The notes beneath the pieces are model-generated. The model did no database searches. It saw only the letters and a program-made list of their open reading frames with translations, and was not told where the DNA came from. From Candidatus Riflebacteria bacterium HGW-Riflebacteria-1 (lineage in GTDB: Bacteria; Muiribacteriota; Ozemobacteria; Ozemobacterales; Ozemobacteraceae), in the NCBI GenBank assembly GCA_002839445.1, contig PGYB01000022.1, forward strand, positions 242 to 64,241: a stretch of 64,000 nt of DNA, in the 5' to 3' direction. The position numbers and the translations under genes are program-made. This document shows positions 16,573 through 25,908 of this stretch, in pieces. Each line of letters begins with the position of its first letter. The first letter of the stretch is position 1.

Positions 16573-18014
16573 CTCGGTCTCCCTACCAGTCTGCCTTTGC
16601 TGATTGCGTAAATATCGTCAGTCACCATCTGGAAGCACACCGCGCGGTTTTCTGCTTTGGCCCGCTCTTCGAGTTTGCCGCGGTGGTAGGCCATGATATC
16701 GTCATCGAGGCCTAGATTGCCCTTGTTGAATACTCGGATATAACCCTCGTTGTCGCGCATCGGCAGAATCTTGCCGTGGTTGTATATCGACGGCGCGAAG
16801 GGAACATCCATGACGCCTGCTTCAAAAGCTGCAATTACGCCGGTTTCAACGTCGCCATTGCCGAGGCGGTAGATCGCTTCCATAATGCTTTTCACTTCGC
16901 GTTCGATCATCGCGACTTCTTTCTGATGATCGCCGCTGATCGGGAATCTATGGTCGCAAAGCATATTGACCGCCTGGCGCGTGCAGCGCAGACCCTGAGC
17001 GTTGGCTTCTTTGGTCGGAATACCCATCGCTTCGTGCGGCGATTTAACGATTACTTTGTCGGCGCCGGCAAGCACAGCAACCGAGGCTCCCCAGGAGATA
17101 ACCGAGAAAGCCTTGGCTTCGTCTTCGGGGAAACCGCCCATCCACTGATGAAATACGGTGGTCAGCTCGTAATCGCTGAAGCCTTCGCGTTTGAAAAATT
17201 CGTGCGCAAGACTCTTGAGCGAAATCAGCGCTGCGATATCCTGAAACATGTTGCCGCCCTGCCCGTAGCCAAGAGTCAGCGATTTAACGCCCTGGCGCAA
17301 AGCGAGAATGCCTTCGACGATGGCAACGACATGGCTGACAAACGGCGGCACCAGAGTGCCGGTAAGCGGGCCAAAAGGTTCGCGATTGATGTGAATGCCG
17401 TTCTCTTCGTATATTCCAACGAGGCGGTCGACGTATTTCCAGTCTTCGATCGACTTTTTGAGCGGCACCTTTTTGGTGTAAGGAATATTGTAAGAAATAC
17501 CGCCGCCTTCGTAACTGGTGAAGCCACCAGCAAGCGTTATCTCGGCGAGCAGTCGGGCATCAGGCGTGCCATGGCGAACCTGGATCGGCGATCTAACCGC
17601 TTCAGTTACCTGACGGCAACCAATCAGTCCGTGATTTACTGCCGGAAACCCGTTCAGAAGAGAAGTTCTCGCCTGCAACGATTTTTCGATACCGACTGCT
17701 GCTTCCTGGTAGCGATTCTGGCGGGTATAAGCATCTATAGTTGTCGGCAGCAGATCAGCGCCGCCTTCGGTTTCGAGATACTGTAAAAGTTTGATGTGGT
17801 CCTGAATCAGCGCGACGCCGGCCCTGGGCTGCAGCAGGGTTATACCGGCTTCTGAAGCCTTGCGCATGGCAACTGCGAAGTTTTTAGCTTCGGGGATCTT
17901 CTTCTGATAAGCAATGCCATCTTCGAGACTGAGGCCCCGCCCGGTCGGCCAGGTCTCTAAAATTTCGCTGCGGATCTGGTTAAAACTGTCGAGGCTAAGC
18001 ATGTGTGAACTCAC
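16569..18014 (-). CDS. glmE: Glutamate mutase (methylaspartate mutase) epsilon subunit
   Basis: 481 aa. Correct length and blocks (LLQPRAGV, TIDAYTRQN.Y) and position between glmL and mal. Confidence 0.9.
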   Translation of the reverse strand: MSSHMLSLDSFNQIRSEILETWPTGRGLSLEDGIAYQKKIPEAKNFAVAMRKASEAGITLLQPRAGVALIQDHIKLLQYLETEGGADLLPTTIDAYTRQNRYQEAAVGIEKSLQARTSLLNGFPAVNHGLIGCRQVTEAVRSPIQVRHGTPDARLLAEITLAGGFTSYEGGGISYNIPYTKKVPLKKSIEDWKYVDRLVGIYEENGIHINREPFGPLTGTLVPPFVSHVVAIVEGILALRQGVKSLTLGYGQGGNMFQDIAALISLKSLAHEFFKREGFSDYELTTVFHQWMGGFPEDEAKAFSVISWGASVAVLAGADKVIVKSPHEAMGIPTKEANAQGLRCTRQAVNMLCDHRFPISGDHQKEVAMIEREVKSIMEAIYRLGNGDVETGVIAAFEAGVMDVPFAPSIYNHGKILPMRDNEGYIRVFNKGNLGLDDDIMAYHRGKLEERAKAENRAVCFQMVTDDIYAISKGRLVGRPR

Positions 18015-19452
18015 GGTGACTGAACTCCTTAACTTGTTCTTCGTTGTGATGCAGGCTGGTTAAATAAGAAACGGCGGTTGCGGCGCTTTGTTGCGGATAT
18101 TTTGCGGCAAGGCAGCCCAACAACGGCAAAACGTAATCAGAATCGGAAAAGTATTCAAAATCTTTCGGCAGAAGCGGTATTTTATCAGATTTCACTGCCG
18201 GAGCAACCGGCATTTCAAGTGCGTCACCGGCGCGACCCATCGCAGCGAGAAAACCACCGGTGCCGATTATGCGGTTGACCCGGCGCAAATCTTTGCCGGA
18301 TTGCGCCCACACCGGGCCTTTAGCGGTATAGACTTCTTCAATTGTTCCGGCGTGGCGCATCAAAGAGTGATAAACGCAGGCCGAGGCCAGCAACTGATCG
18401 AACTGCTGTTCAGCCAGGTCGGCAGGCAGATGGCTGGTATTGGCAGCAAGGCGGTCAATATAAGCACTCATGATTTCAAGACTCTGTTCTGAGCCTTCGA
18501 GATTGGCCAACAGAAGCTCGCGCGCTGTTTCGAAAGCCGAGGCCGCGCTGACCCGCATTCCAAGGTCGCCCTCTACTGTGCGCTTGAGAGTTGGTTCGAC
18601 AATACCCTTGAGAATCGTTCCCGAGTCTGGGTAATAGGCTTCACAGAATGAGTAGAAATCGGTGGTGGCGCCACCCATATCGATCATGGCAAAGTTATCC
18701 CAGCCGGCAACGTGGTTGCCGATCGCTTCGACGAGGTTGAGAACGGCGAGCGGAGTTGGCACCGGCTGCGTTTTGAAGCGGCGCACCAGCTCATCGAGGC
18801 CTTTTCCTGAGATTATGCGCTCAAGAAAAACCTGGCGGATCGTCTCTCTGACCGGTTCGATGTTGAGGCGACCAAAATCGGGCATGAGGTTTTCAGTAAC
18901 GCGCAGATCTCGTTCAGACAGCAGATCGCTGACATGGTCAACCGCCTGGTTGTTCCCGGCATAAACCACGGTGCCACAGAAAGCTGACCCGGCAATGGCG
19001 CGGGCGTTTTCGGTGACATAGCGCTCGTTGCCGCCATCAGTGCCACCGCAGAGCAGAAGAATATCGGGACGCGCCTGCTCAATGGCGGCAATGCAACTGC
19101 GGGTCAGCCGGTATGGGTAAGCCGCACAGATGCGGGCTCCGGCCGAGAAGGCGGCGAGGCGGGCTATCTGCAGTGTCATTTCGGGAACCAGCCCGACAAC
19201 AGCAACATTCAGCCCGCCTTTGGCCGACGACGCGAAGTGAACCGGGACAGGTGTCGACTCGAGACTGTGCCAGTCGTGCCCGGGCATCAGATGGTGCAGA
19301 ACGCCATAGACGCCCTCGGGCAGGTGATCAGTGGTGGTGGCCATGACCGCACGCGTTTCTACGCTGAAGCGGTCATGGCTGAGGTTGAACATCGCGGCCT
19401 TAGTCCAGGTCGAGCCGATGTCAACGCAGATTTTCCTGTCTTCTTCAATCAT
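17995..19452 (-). CDS. glmL: Glutamate mutase accessory/reactivating protein GlmL (MutL)
   Basis: [15 protein letters not shown] is an ASKHA-type N-terminus, and the gene lies between glmS and glmE. The ATG at 19452 overlaps the glmS stop by 8 nt; the longer track ORF to 19587 is rejected. Confidence 0.85.
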   Translation of the reverse strand: MIEEDRKICVDIGSTWTKAAMFNLSHDRFSVETRAVMATTTDHLPEGVYGVLHHLMPGHDWHSLESTPVPVHFASSAKGGLNVAVVGLVPEMTLQIARLAAFSAGARICAAYPYRLTRSCIAAIEQARPDILLLCGGTDGGNERYVTENARAIAGSAFCGTVVYAGNNQAVDHVSDLLSERDLRVTENLMPDFGRLNIEPVRETIRQVFLERIISGKGLDELVRRFKTQPVPTPLAVLNLVEAIGNHVAGWDNFAMIDMGGATTDFYSFCEAYYPDSGTILKGIVEPTLKRTVEGDLGMRVSAASAFETARELLLANLEGSEQSLEIMSAYIDRLAANTSHLPADLAEQQFDQLLASACVYHSLMRHAGTIEEVYTAKGPVWAQSGKDLRRVNRIIGTGGFLAAMGRAGDALEMPVAPAVKSDKIPLLPKDFEYFSDSDYVLPLLGCLAAKYPQQSAATAVSYLTSLHHNEEQVKEFSHREFTHA

Positions 19453-19873
19453 TTCCTTTTGGCCTTGAATCAAGGTCTTCGTTAAGCAGTTCCACCACTT
19501 TTTCCAGAGAACAGTCAGGGCCGAACACCCTGTCATAGCCCATTTTAAGAAACTTCTCTTCGACTTCGGCAAACGCAGTCTTGCCAACTACAAGGTTGCC
19601 GCCGACGTAGAGAAGGATTTCCTCAAGCCCCTTTTCGATACATTTTTCGCGCAGGCCGGCGCAGTCAATTTCGCCATGGCCATAAAGCGACGAAACCAGG
19701 ATAGCCCGCGCATCAGTTTCGATAGCGGCGCTGATAAATTCTTCCTGGCTGACCATGACGCCAAGGTTGGTGACCTTGAATCCGGCTTCAGTAAAAAAAG
19801 CTTCGAGAATTTTGTTGCCGACAGAATGGCAGTCAAAGCCGATTACGCCTAATACGATGTTTACTGGTGTCAT
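19445..19873 (-). CDS. glmS: Glutamate mutase sigma subunit (B12-binding)
   Basis: 142 aa. [18 protein letters not shown] (the DxHxxG cobalamin ligand motif) and [14 protein letters not shown] are colinear with clostridial MutS. Confidence 0.92.
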   Translation of the reverse strand: MTPVNIVLGVIGFDCHSVGNKILEAFFTEAGFKVTNLGVMVSQEEFISAAIETDARAILVSSLYGHGEIDCAGLREKCIEKGLEEILLYVGGNLVVGKTAFAEVEEKFLKMGYDRVFGPDCSLEKVVELLNEDLDSRPKGND

Positions 19874-20940
19874 AGTTTTTTTCCTGGTCTGTTTAACAAG
19901 TTTTTAATTAGTTCTTCAAGATGCAGCAACGAGCCACGCTCGATCTGGTAAGCAAAATCGATCAACTGACCGCCGCGCTGCCTGAACCGGTTGATCATGT
20001 GCAGCAGTTCGCTGGAAAGCTGCGCAACGAATCCTGGAGGCACAATCAGCACGTCTTTGTCGTCGATGAATTTTTCGATTTCTTCGGGCGTTTCCGTGTA
20101 GTAACCGATACCGGCAAGAGCGCCATTGAAGCCCGACTTCTTGACCCAGCCACCGATAATCTGAAAGAAACGCGAACTCTGATACAACACGCCGGCACGG
20201 CATTGGTTGTCGAGTCTGGCCAAGGCAATCAGCGTATTCTGTGAAGGCGCCACCACGACCGGAACAGCCTTGTCGGCTACTGCTGGCGCGAGACGGCGCA
20301 ATTCATCAATATGATTTGAAGTAGTAAGTATAAGGTCAAAAGGGGCCAGCATCGCCGACGGGTCTGGCACTTCACGCAAGTCAGAAAAAAGTATCCGCGC
20401 CGTCGTCAAATGCGTCAGCAACGCCAGCTGCGATTGGAATATACCAAGCGTTTCCGGGTTGCAATCGACGGCAGCGATGGCAAAGCGTGCCATTTCTTCT
20501 TCGCGTCGACCCAAAAGCAGGCCAAAGAGGTCGGCGATCTCGCGATATGAGAAACCGAGGTCTTCCAGTTTGTAAATGTTTTCTTTGATCAGACGGGTGG
20601 CGAGGTCAATGCGACTGATAGCGGCGCTGCCCGGAGCATTCTGCCCGGAGCGATCGGTTGTTACTTGCTCATTCGGGCTGTCGACGCCGGCACTTTGCGC
20701 ATTGCGGGCAACCAGGCTGCCACGGCCGCGCGCCGCAACAATGTAATGCTGCTGCACCAGTGCTTCATAAGCTTTTTTGATGGTACCGCGGGCGACTTTG
20801 AGCTGCAGCGCGAGTTCGCGCTCAGGTGGCAGCTGCTGACCCGGCGTCAGGCGCCCGGCTCTGATCAGCGCAGCAATCTGACTGCTGATCTGCCTGTATA
20901 TTGGCTCCTGGCCGCTGCTATCAATTTTAACCGGCAACAT
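19870..20940 (-). CDS. GntR-family transcriptional regulator with a ~250-aa C-terminal domain of unknown type
   Basis: The winged-helix block [48 protein letters not shown] is typical of GntR. The start is uncertain (ATG 20940, alternatives up to 21006). Overlaps glmS by 4 nt. Confidence 0.75.
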   Translation of the reverse strand: MLPVKIDSSGQEPIYRQISSQIAALIRAGRLTPGQQLPPERELALQLKVARGTIKKAYEALVQQHYIVAARGRGSLVARNAQSAGVDSPNEQVTTDRSGQNAPGSAAISRIDLATRLIKENIYKLEDLGFSYREIADLFGLLLGRREEEMARFAIAAVDCNPETLGIFQSQLALLTHLTTARILFSDLREVPDPSAMLAPFDLILTTSNHIDELRRLAPAVADKAVPVVVAPSQNTLIALARLDNQCRAGVLYQSSRFFQIIGGWVKKSGFNGALAGIGYYTETPEEIEKFIDDKDVLIVPPGFVAQLSSELLHMINRFRQRGGQLIDFAYQIERGSLLHLEELIKNLLNRPGKKL

Positions 20941-21027
20941 TATGCTGACCGCCATCATTGGTATAGTCCAACGCAACCATTGTATACCAATTTTAAATAA
21001 AGTCAACCGGTTATGGGCAAATGTACT

Positions 21028-21312
21028 TTATTTTTTACTTTCGCAGCAGCAGTGTGAATCTGCGGTTGCAGAATTGTCGGCGTTATCAACATACAGATCG
21101 ATTAGATGCAAAATGTCCTGCGAGCAACATTTCTTGCCAGGATTTTTAGTTTCACACTCATTTCCAGTGCAGGCTTTTGTAAAAACCTTAATGGCCTTCA
21201 GAGAACGACAGCCCGATCTGATTGCTTCAATTATTTCGCCTTTGCTAACACCCAGGCAATAGCAAACTATTTCCTCTGGGGGCGCGCTCATCCACTTTCC
21301 CTTTCCAGTCAT
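21028..21312 (-). CDS. BFD-like (2Fe-2S)-binding domain protein with Cys-rich tail
   Basis: 94 aa. IVCYCLGVSKGEIIEAIRSG...KACTGNEC resembles the BFD-like CxC...C..C fold. Extra Cys clusters at KKCC and HCCC. Confidence 0.55.
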   Translation of the reverse strand: MTGKGKWMSAPPEEIVCYCLGVSKGEIIEAIRSGCRSLKAIKVFTKACTGNECETKNPGKKCCSQDILHLIDLYVDNADNSATADSHCCCESKK

Positions 21313-21330
21313 ATTTCCTCCACGGTATTT

Positions 21331-21840
21331 TTATAGCTCAACGCCTGACAGCTCATCTTGCCAGCGGGCAAATTTAACATGGCAGCTCTGCGAAGCGTTG
21401 GCTGGGCTGGTCGAAGGCATAATCACAAGCTGATAACGCAAAGCCAGCTCAGGCGAGGTTTTTAGAATATGTTTTTTGAATGAACTATAGGCTTTCTGGC
21501 CGTTGAAGCAGATTTTGCTGACCTGTGGCAAGCTGGCAAGAAGAGCAACTATGTCATTGGGATGCTCTGAATCTTTTTCAATGCTCGAATCGAGACTGCC
21601 TTCGCGTCGACACTGCTGCAGAACATCCCATAATGCGATATGCAAAACTCTCAGCGCCGCAAGACGCTGCTGATAATCAACAGAAAACTCTATGCCGGCG
21701 CAGGCAAAAATAAACTTCCAGAACAGATTGTGCGGATGCGCGTAGTATTGTTGCGCTCGCAGCGAAGCCTCGCCAGGCATTGAACCCAGCACCAGCACGT
21801 GCGCATCTTCGGTCACTATCGGCACAAAGCTTTTTTTCAT
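21331..21840 (-). CDS. DNA-deoxyinosine (hypoxanthine) glycosylase, UDG superfamily
   Basis: 169 aa. VLVLGSMPGEASLRAQQYYAHPHNLFWK matches the hypoxanthine-DNA glycosylase family signature. Confidence 0.75.
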   Translation of the reverse strand: MKKSFVPIVTEDAHVLVLGSMPGEASLRAQQYYAHPHNLFWKFIFACAGIEFSVDYQQRLAALRVLHIALWDVLQQCRREGSLDSSIEKDSEHPNDIVALLASLPQVSKICFNGQKAYSSFKKHILKTSPELALRYQLVIMPSTSPANASQSCHVKFARWQDELSGVEL

Positions 21841-22017
21841 ATCCGAATTATGTTCAATCGGCGCGCCCCTTTATTTTTTTCTACATCATAAAAGCAAAAC
21901 CCATGCCTACGCCCATTATAAACTTTAACCTGAAAAACAAGTGTTTAATTTTCGAGAGATGACAGCGCTGCAGTACAGGTCTATAATACTCTTTATCTCA
22001 CTGACAGCGAGGCAAGA

Positions 22018-23256
22018 ATGAATACTTTTAAAACCCTTTTAACAGCCATTTTTATCATGGTCGCAGCCTGCATGCCGGCTTTTGCTGCCAAGCAGGCCAA
22101 CTCCGATTACGAAAGCGTCGTAGCCAGAGTCGCCGGAATGACCCGCGACCAGGAGGCGCGCGAGTTTGCAGCAAAATGCGAACTCGACATCATCGACCTG
22201 ACCTGGGAAGACACCGCCCGCTTCGAAGGCTCTTCGGTCGGTCCGAACATCAGTGACATGACGATTCAGGTGCATCACGGCAGCAAAGAAGCGCGTCAGA
22301 TGACCTGCATGCCGGTCATCCGCTTCCCCAATTATACCGACAAGACCGCTGACATTCCGCTCGGCAAGCTTTACGCGCGCGTCGGCAACGAAAAGGGCCA
22401 GGAGCTCAAGACCATTCCGCTCGGCGCCCTGCTCGAAGACCCGCGCCCGCTTATGAGCAACCCGTCTTCATGGCCTGGCACCGGCAACATGCTGCTGGCG
22501 CAGCGCGACTCACATGTGCTGGTTTCGGCGCAGGCGTGCTTCCTGCCGATTCCAACCGGCGAAGAAGCTACTTTCAACCCGGTCATTTTCAATTACCAGT
22601 CATATGCCGGAAACCCGGCAGTGCTGGCGATCCTGGTCACACGCGAAGGCACCAGCATGACCATTATCGACAACCGGCGCGACGCGGTCAGCAATGGCGG
22701 CGCGCGCGGACAGCGCCTTTTCTTTAACCTGAACGGGGAAAAAGCGTCGCTGACCGGCAAACGCGCCAGCGATGCTGCTGCTGCCGAGCCGGCAAAAACA
22801 TCAGAGACTACAGAGCCCTCCAGGCGCCCGACAGCTCCGGCAGTTGGCAGCAGCGGCGGCGACAACATGGTCATGCTGATCCAGGTTCCGCTTAAATTCA
22901 AAGAACCGCCGAGAAGCGATGCCAAAGGCATTGCTTTTGACAGCGAAGTCTATAGCAAGTCAGAACGGGTCTCCAACGTTGAAGAGGCTGTCATTGGCCA
23001 TGGCGAAATCGAAGGACCTTTTGTCGAAATGGACAATCAGGCAATCGAACGCGACGACCGCTACCCGATCCGGGTGACCGTGCAATTCTATAAAGCCACC
23101 GACAATGGCGTGGTCAGCGAAGAAGACATAAAATCGATCAGAGAGCAGATCGACCGCGTTTATGCTGACGGAACCTATGTTGGCTCGCTGGTCGTGCCAG
23201 AAAAAGACGGTTTGAACCGCCCTACCGACTGGAAACCAACAAAAATATCATTCTGA
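22018..23256 (+). CDS. Secreted hypothetical protein
   Basis: 412 aa. Signal peptide MNTFKTLLTAIFIMVAACMPAFAA, and an Ala/Pro/Ser/Thr-rich linker near residue 250. No recognisable domain. Confidence 0.6.
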   Translation: MNTFKTLLTAIFIMVAACMPAFAAKQANSDYESVVARVAGMTRDQEAREFAAKCELDIIDLTWEDTARFEGSSVGPNISDMTIQVHHGSKEARQMTCMPVIRFPNYTDKTADIPLGKLYARVGNEKGQELKTIPLGALLEDPRPLMSNPSSWPGTGNMLLAQRDSHVLVSAQACFLPIPTGEEATFNPVIFNYQSYAGNPAVLAILVTREGTSMTIIDNRRDAVSNGGARGQRLFFNLNGEKASLTGKRASDAAAAEPAKTSETTEPSRRPTAPAVGSSGGDNMVMLIQVPLKFKEPPRSDAKGIAFDSEVYSKSERVSNVEEAVIGHGEIEGPFVEMDNQAIERDDRYPIRVTVQFYKATDNGVVSEEDIKSIREQIDRVYADGTYVGSLVVPEKDGLNRPTDWKPTKISF

Positions 23257-23263
23257 AACACCA

Positions 23264-23302
23264 CCGGCCGGCAGCTTTAAACAAGCTGTCGGCCGGTTTT
23301 TT
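23264..23302 (+). terminator. Rho-independent terminator
   Basis: CCGGCCGGCAGC...GCTGTCGGCCGG hairpin followed by TTTTTT, 8 nt after the stop at 23256. Confidence 0.75.
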
Positions 23303-23332
23303 AACGCACAATTTTAATTACAACAAGCAACG

Positions 23333-23445
23333 ATTACGACGCGCAGGATGCGCTAGTGCCAGGGCGTCCGAGGATACGGCGCGCCCAGGTGCGATTACGA
23401 GCACGAGCACGATAAAAGAATACAGGACAACACCGTAAGTGCCGA
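23333..23445. repeat. Intergenic repeat X, short copy
   Basis: Shares TACGACGCGCAGGAYGCGCTAGTGCCAGGGC..CCGAGGAT and GCGCCCAGGTGCGATTAC with 28600-28778. The core is flanked by a 9-nt direct repeat CGATTACGA (23331-23339 and 23392-23400). The tail AATACAGGACAA...CCGTAAG resembles the start of module A. Confidence 0.7.
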
Positions 23446-24078
23446 CTACTTTGCGAGGTCGTTGAGAGAGATATCGAGGAGCGGAAAGCTTTTCCAGCCG
23501 GGAAAATCAAAGTGCCACCATTCGCTCGCCAGGAGCTTAAACCCGCTTGTCTGCATGGCATTTTGCAGAATCTGCAGATGAGTTTTTACCGGTTCCTGCA
23601 GACCTGGGTTGACAGCACGCGCTTTCTCGCCGAACTCGTCGTAACTGCTCGGCATCGCAACCTCTTTCCCGTCGATCGTCAGCAGAGTGAGATCGACAGA
23701 AGCGCCGCGATTGTGTCTGGACCCAGTGTCGGGATGAGCAACAAAATTGCGGTCAGGGTTCTTATCCCAGAGTTTGCGCTGGACTGACAGAGGGCGGTAG
23801 GCATCCCAGATCTTGAGGCGATAACCCTGCGCGCGCAGCAAGACAGCAGCAGTGGCCAGCGCGTGCGCGGCGGGCTCGACCAGAAAAGCGCGATTGGCCT
23901 GGTAAAGCGTTTCGCCGGTGAAATTGTGCGGCGTCGCGTAAGGCATATCGACGACCAGGTCAGCTATCAGCTCCTGCAGGTCAACCAGGCTGTTTGCGGC
24001 AGGCGGCGCAGGCTGTGAGAAAAGAACGGCAGAAGTAATCAGCATAAATAACAGGCTTCCGGTCAGGCGTACAATCAT
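23446..24078 (-). CDS. D-alanyl-D-alanine dipeptidase (VanX/M15D family), exported
   Basis: 210 aa. KIWDAYRP...Q..LW, GSRHNRGASVDLTL and EWWHF are VanX/DdpX signatures. N-terminal hydrophobic leader. Confidence 0.85.
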   Translation of the reverse strand: MIVRLTGSLLFMLITSAVLFSQPAPPAANSLVDLQELIADLVVDMPYATPHNFTGETLYQANRAFLVEPAAHALATAAVLLRAQGYRLKIWDAYRPLSVQRKLWDKNPDRNFVAHPDTGSRHNRGASVDLTLLTIDGKEVAMPSSYDEFGEKARAVNPGLQEPVKTHLQILQNAMQTSGFKLLASEWWHFDFPGWKSFPLLDISLNDLAK

Positions 24079-24321
24079 TGCGGCACCTTTTGCATAATCG
24101 GTGACTTGATTATATTACCTTCCGGCAATATGGCCAACAACTTTGATCATTCGTGGTCAGGAGCCTGCAGCAGCGCTACTGCCAAAATTGCCTGCTACGA
24201 CCACTGCAAAATCAAAGGCATAGCTGGCTAGACATTATTAAGGGGTCTGCGAGTGATTGAGCGATGACACACATTATGCCATCATGATATAATAAGTAAA
24301 CTCAAAAACGAGGCTTCGCGA

Positions 24322-24546
24322 ATGAAAAAATATCGTTTTCCAATTATAATTGAGCACGACGAAGACGGCTATTATGCCTACGTGCCAACACTACAAGGGT
24401 GTTACACTCAGGGCGACACATATGAAGAAGCAATGAAAAATATTCGGGAGGCAATTAGAGGTCACATTGCCGACAGGCTTGCCTCTGGAGAAAAGATTTC
24501 TACAGGTGGAGACATTTCTTTCACTCAGTTGGACATCGCAGTATGA
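24322..24546 (+). CDS. hicB: HicB-family antitoxin
   Basis: 74 aa. FPIIIEHDEDGYYAYVPTLQGCYTQGDTYEEAMKNIREAI is typical of HicB. Overlaps hicA by 4 nt (ATGA). Confidence 0.85.
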   Translation: MKKYRFPIIIEHDEDGYYAYVPTLQGCYTQGDTYEEAMKNIREAIRGHIADRLASGEKISTGGDISFTQLDIAV

Positions 24547-24767
24547 CGAAACTGCCAAGACTTACTGCTGCTGAATTGATCAAGTTTTTAAACAAAAACG
24601 GATACAATCTGAACAGGCAGGAAGGCAGCCACAAGATATTTCGCCACCCCGTTTACGGCAGAGCGACAGTTCCCGACCATGCAGGCAAGACAATACATCC
24701 AAAGATAATAAAAGAAATCATGGTCAGCATGGGCCTGACCCTTGAAAAATTTCTAAGTCTTCTCTAA
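24543..24767 (+). CDS. hicA: HicA-family mRNA interferase toxin
   Basis: 74 aa. ELIKFLNKNGY...RQEGSHKIFRHP..GRATVPDHAGKTIHPKIIKEI is typical of HicA (YcfA-like). Confidence 0.85.
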   Translation: MTKLPRLTAAELIKFLNKNGYNLNRQEGSHKIFRHPVYGRATVPDHAGKTIHPKIIKEIMVSMGLTLEKFLSLL

Positions 24768-24846
24768 TTTCAATTTGAATGTTCTAGCCGTAGAGAAAGC
24801 ATCCGGCAGCTTTCTCGCCAGGAGCACTCCGGCTGAATAGCGGTAT

Positions 24847-25656
24847 TCAGCCCTTGGTTGAGATGTTCGGGTTGGTGGCCGGTGCATTCTTCGCCTCACC
24901 GCTGGAATTATAGCTGACGGTTGAAGAAGACTTTAACCTGGCGGCAATTTCGGCTTTGGCTTCTTCGCGATAAGCGGCGATCTTTTCGAAAACACCGCCC
25001 GGGCGGAGCTTTTCGGGGCTGATACCATTTTTAACGAAATCTGCGAGACCGCTAAAAATCAGCGAATGTGTTTTGTCGATACCATCCGAAACATCTTCGG
25101 GCAGATCGCCGAGAATATTGCGGGCCTGGCGAAAGCCCTCATTGATGGCGCCGCCGATGAAATCAGCGAATTTCTGGCGGGCGGCCTCATTATCACCCTC
25201 TGTCTTTGCGATTTCGCTGATGCCAAAAAAGCTGGTCGCAACATCAAGGATGCGCTTAGCCGTGTTTTCCGGGGAAAAGTAATCCTGCAGATTAGTCAGC
25301 TGATCCTGCTCAGCGGCTTCTTCTGTCGCAGTTTCATCTACCGGCGCTCCTGCAGTCGAAACCCATTCCCCTCCAGAAGCCCTCTGCAGAAACTCATAAC
25401 TGCCCTTGAAAGAAAATATTTCTTCGGTTGTCTCGTAACCATTTGCCGAATTAATAGATTTTAACACCTGGTAATTCAGTTCAAACTGTGCTCTAGCCCA
25501 TTCCACCTTGTTGCGAGCATCTGGTGACAAGCCAAATCGGTCAATGTTCAAACTTTTATAATTCTCGTTGCGCAAATTGGCATCAGGAGTCCTGCCAGCA
25601 TTAGCAACTTTTTCAACACCAGGGACCGCTGTAATCTTCTGTATTTTTTCTACCAT
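24847..25656 (-). CDS. Hypothetical protein, DUF5610-like
   Basis: 269 aa. YFSPENTAKRILDVATSFFG...FADFIGGAINEGFRQARNILG resembles what I recall of the DUF5610 family. Confidence 0.5.
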   Translation of the reverse strand: MVEKIQKITAVPGVEKVANAGRTPDANLRNENYKSLNIDRFGLSPDARNKVEWARAQFELNYQVLKSINSANGYETTEEIFSFKGSYEFLQRASGGEWVSTAGAPVDETATEEAAEQDQLTNLQDYFSPENTAKRILDVATSFFGISEIAKTEGDNEAARQKFADFIGGAINEGFRQARNILGDLPEDVSDGIDKTHSLIFSGLADFVKNGISPEKLRPGGVFEKIAAYREEAKAEIAARLKSSSTVSYNSSGEAKNAPATNPNISTKG

Positions 25657-25908
25657 ATTATCCCCCCACTTTTTAACTCGTAATTCCAGTATACACCATT
25701 AATCTTTACTAAACTGTTATCATGCCAGCGCGAGCACAAAGCGGTTTGTAGACTGACGTCAGATGCGGCGGGGCTTTGCCGCTACGGAGCTCTTCTTATA
25801 GCTATAAGCTAATAATATTCCGGCGCAGCAGTTTAGCAAGCTCTGATCAGAAGCGCCATGAAACCAGCGATAAAATCAAGGGTGGCGACAAGTCGGCAGG
25901 TGGTGGGC

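Noticed and set aside
15316-17786. Long plus-strand ORFs (15316-16191, 16776-17786) antisense to mal and glmE.
   Set aside because: These are shadow ORFs of GC-rich minus-strand genes whose products match well-known enzymes end to end. Their own translations are low-complexity (Ala/Arg/Gly/Phe-rich) with no start context.
23381-23400. GTGCGCCCAG in both X copies equals the first 10 nt of the Ll.LtrB group II intron as I remember it, which could mark an intron 5' end.
   Set aside because: Nothing resembling domain I follows, the two copies diverge immediately afterwards, and one 10-mer match in 128 kb of two-strand sequence is not improbable. I kept it only as a note.
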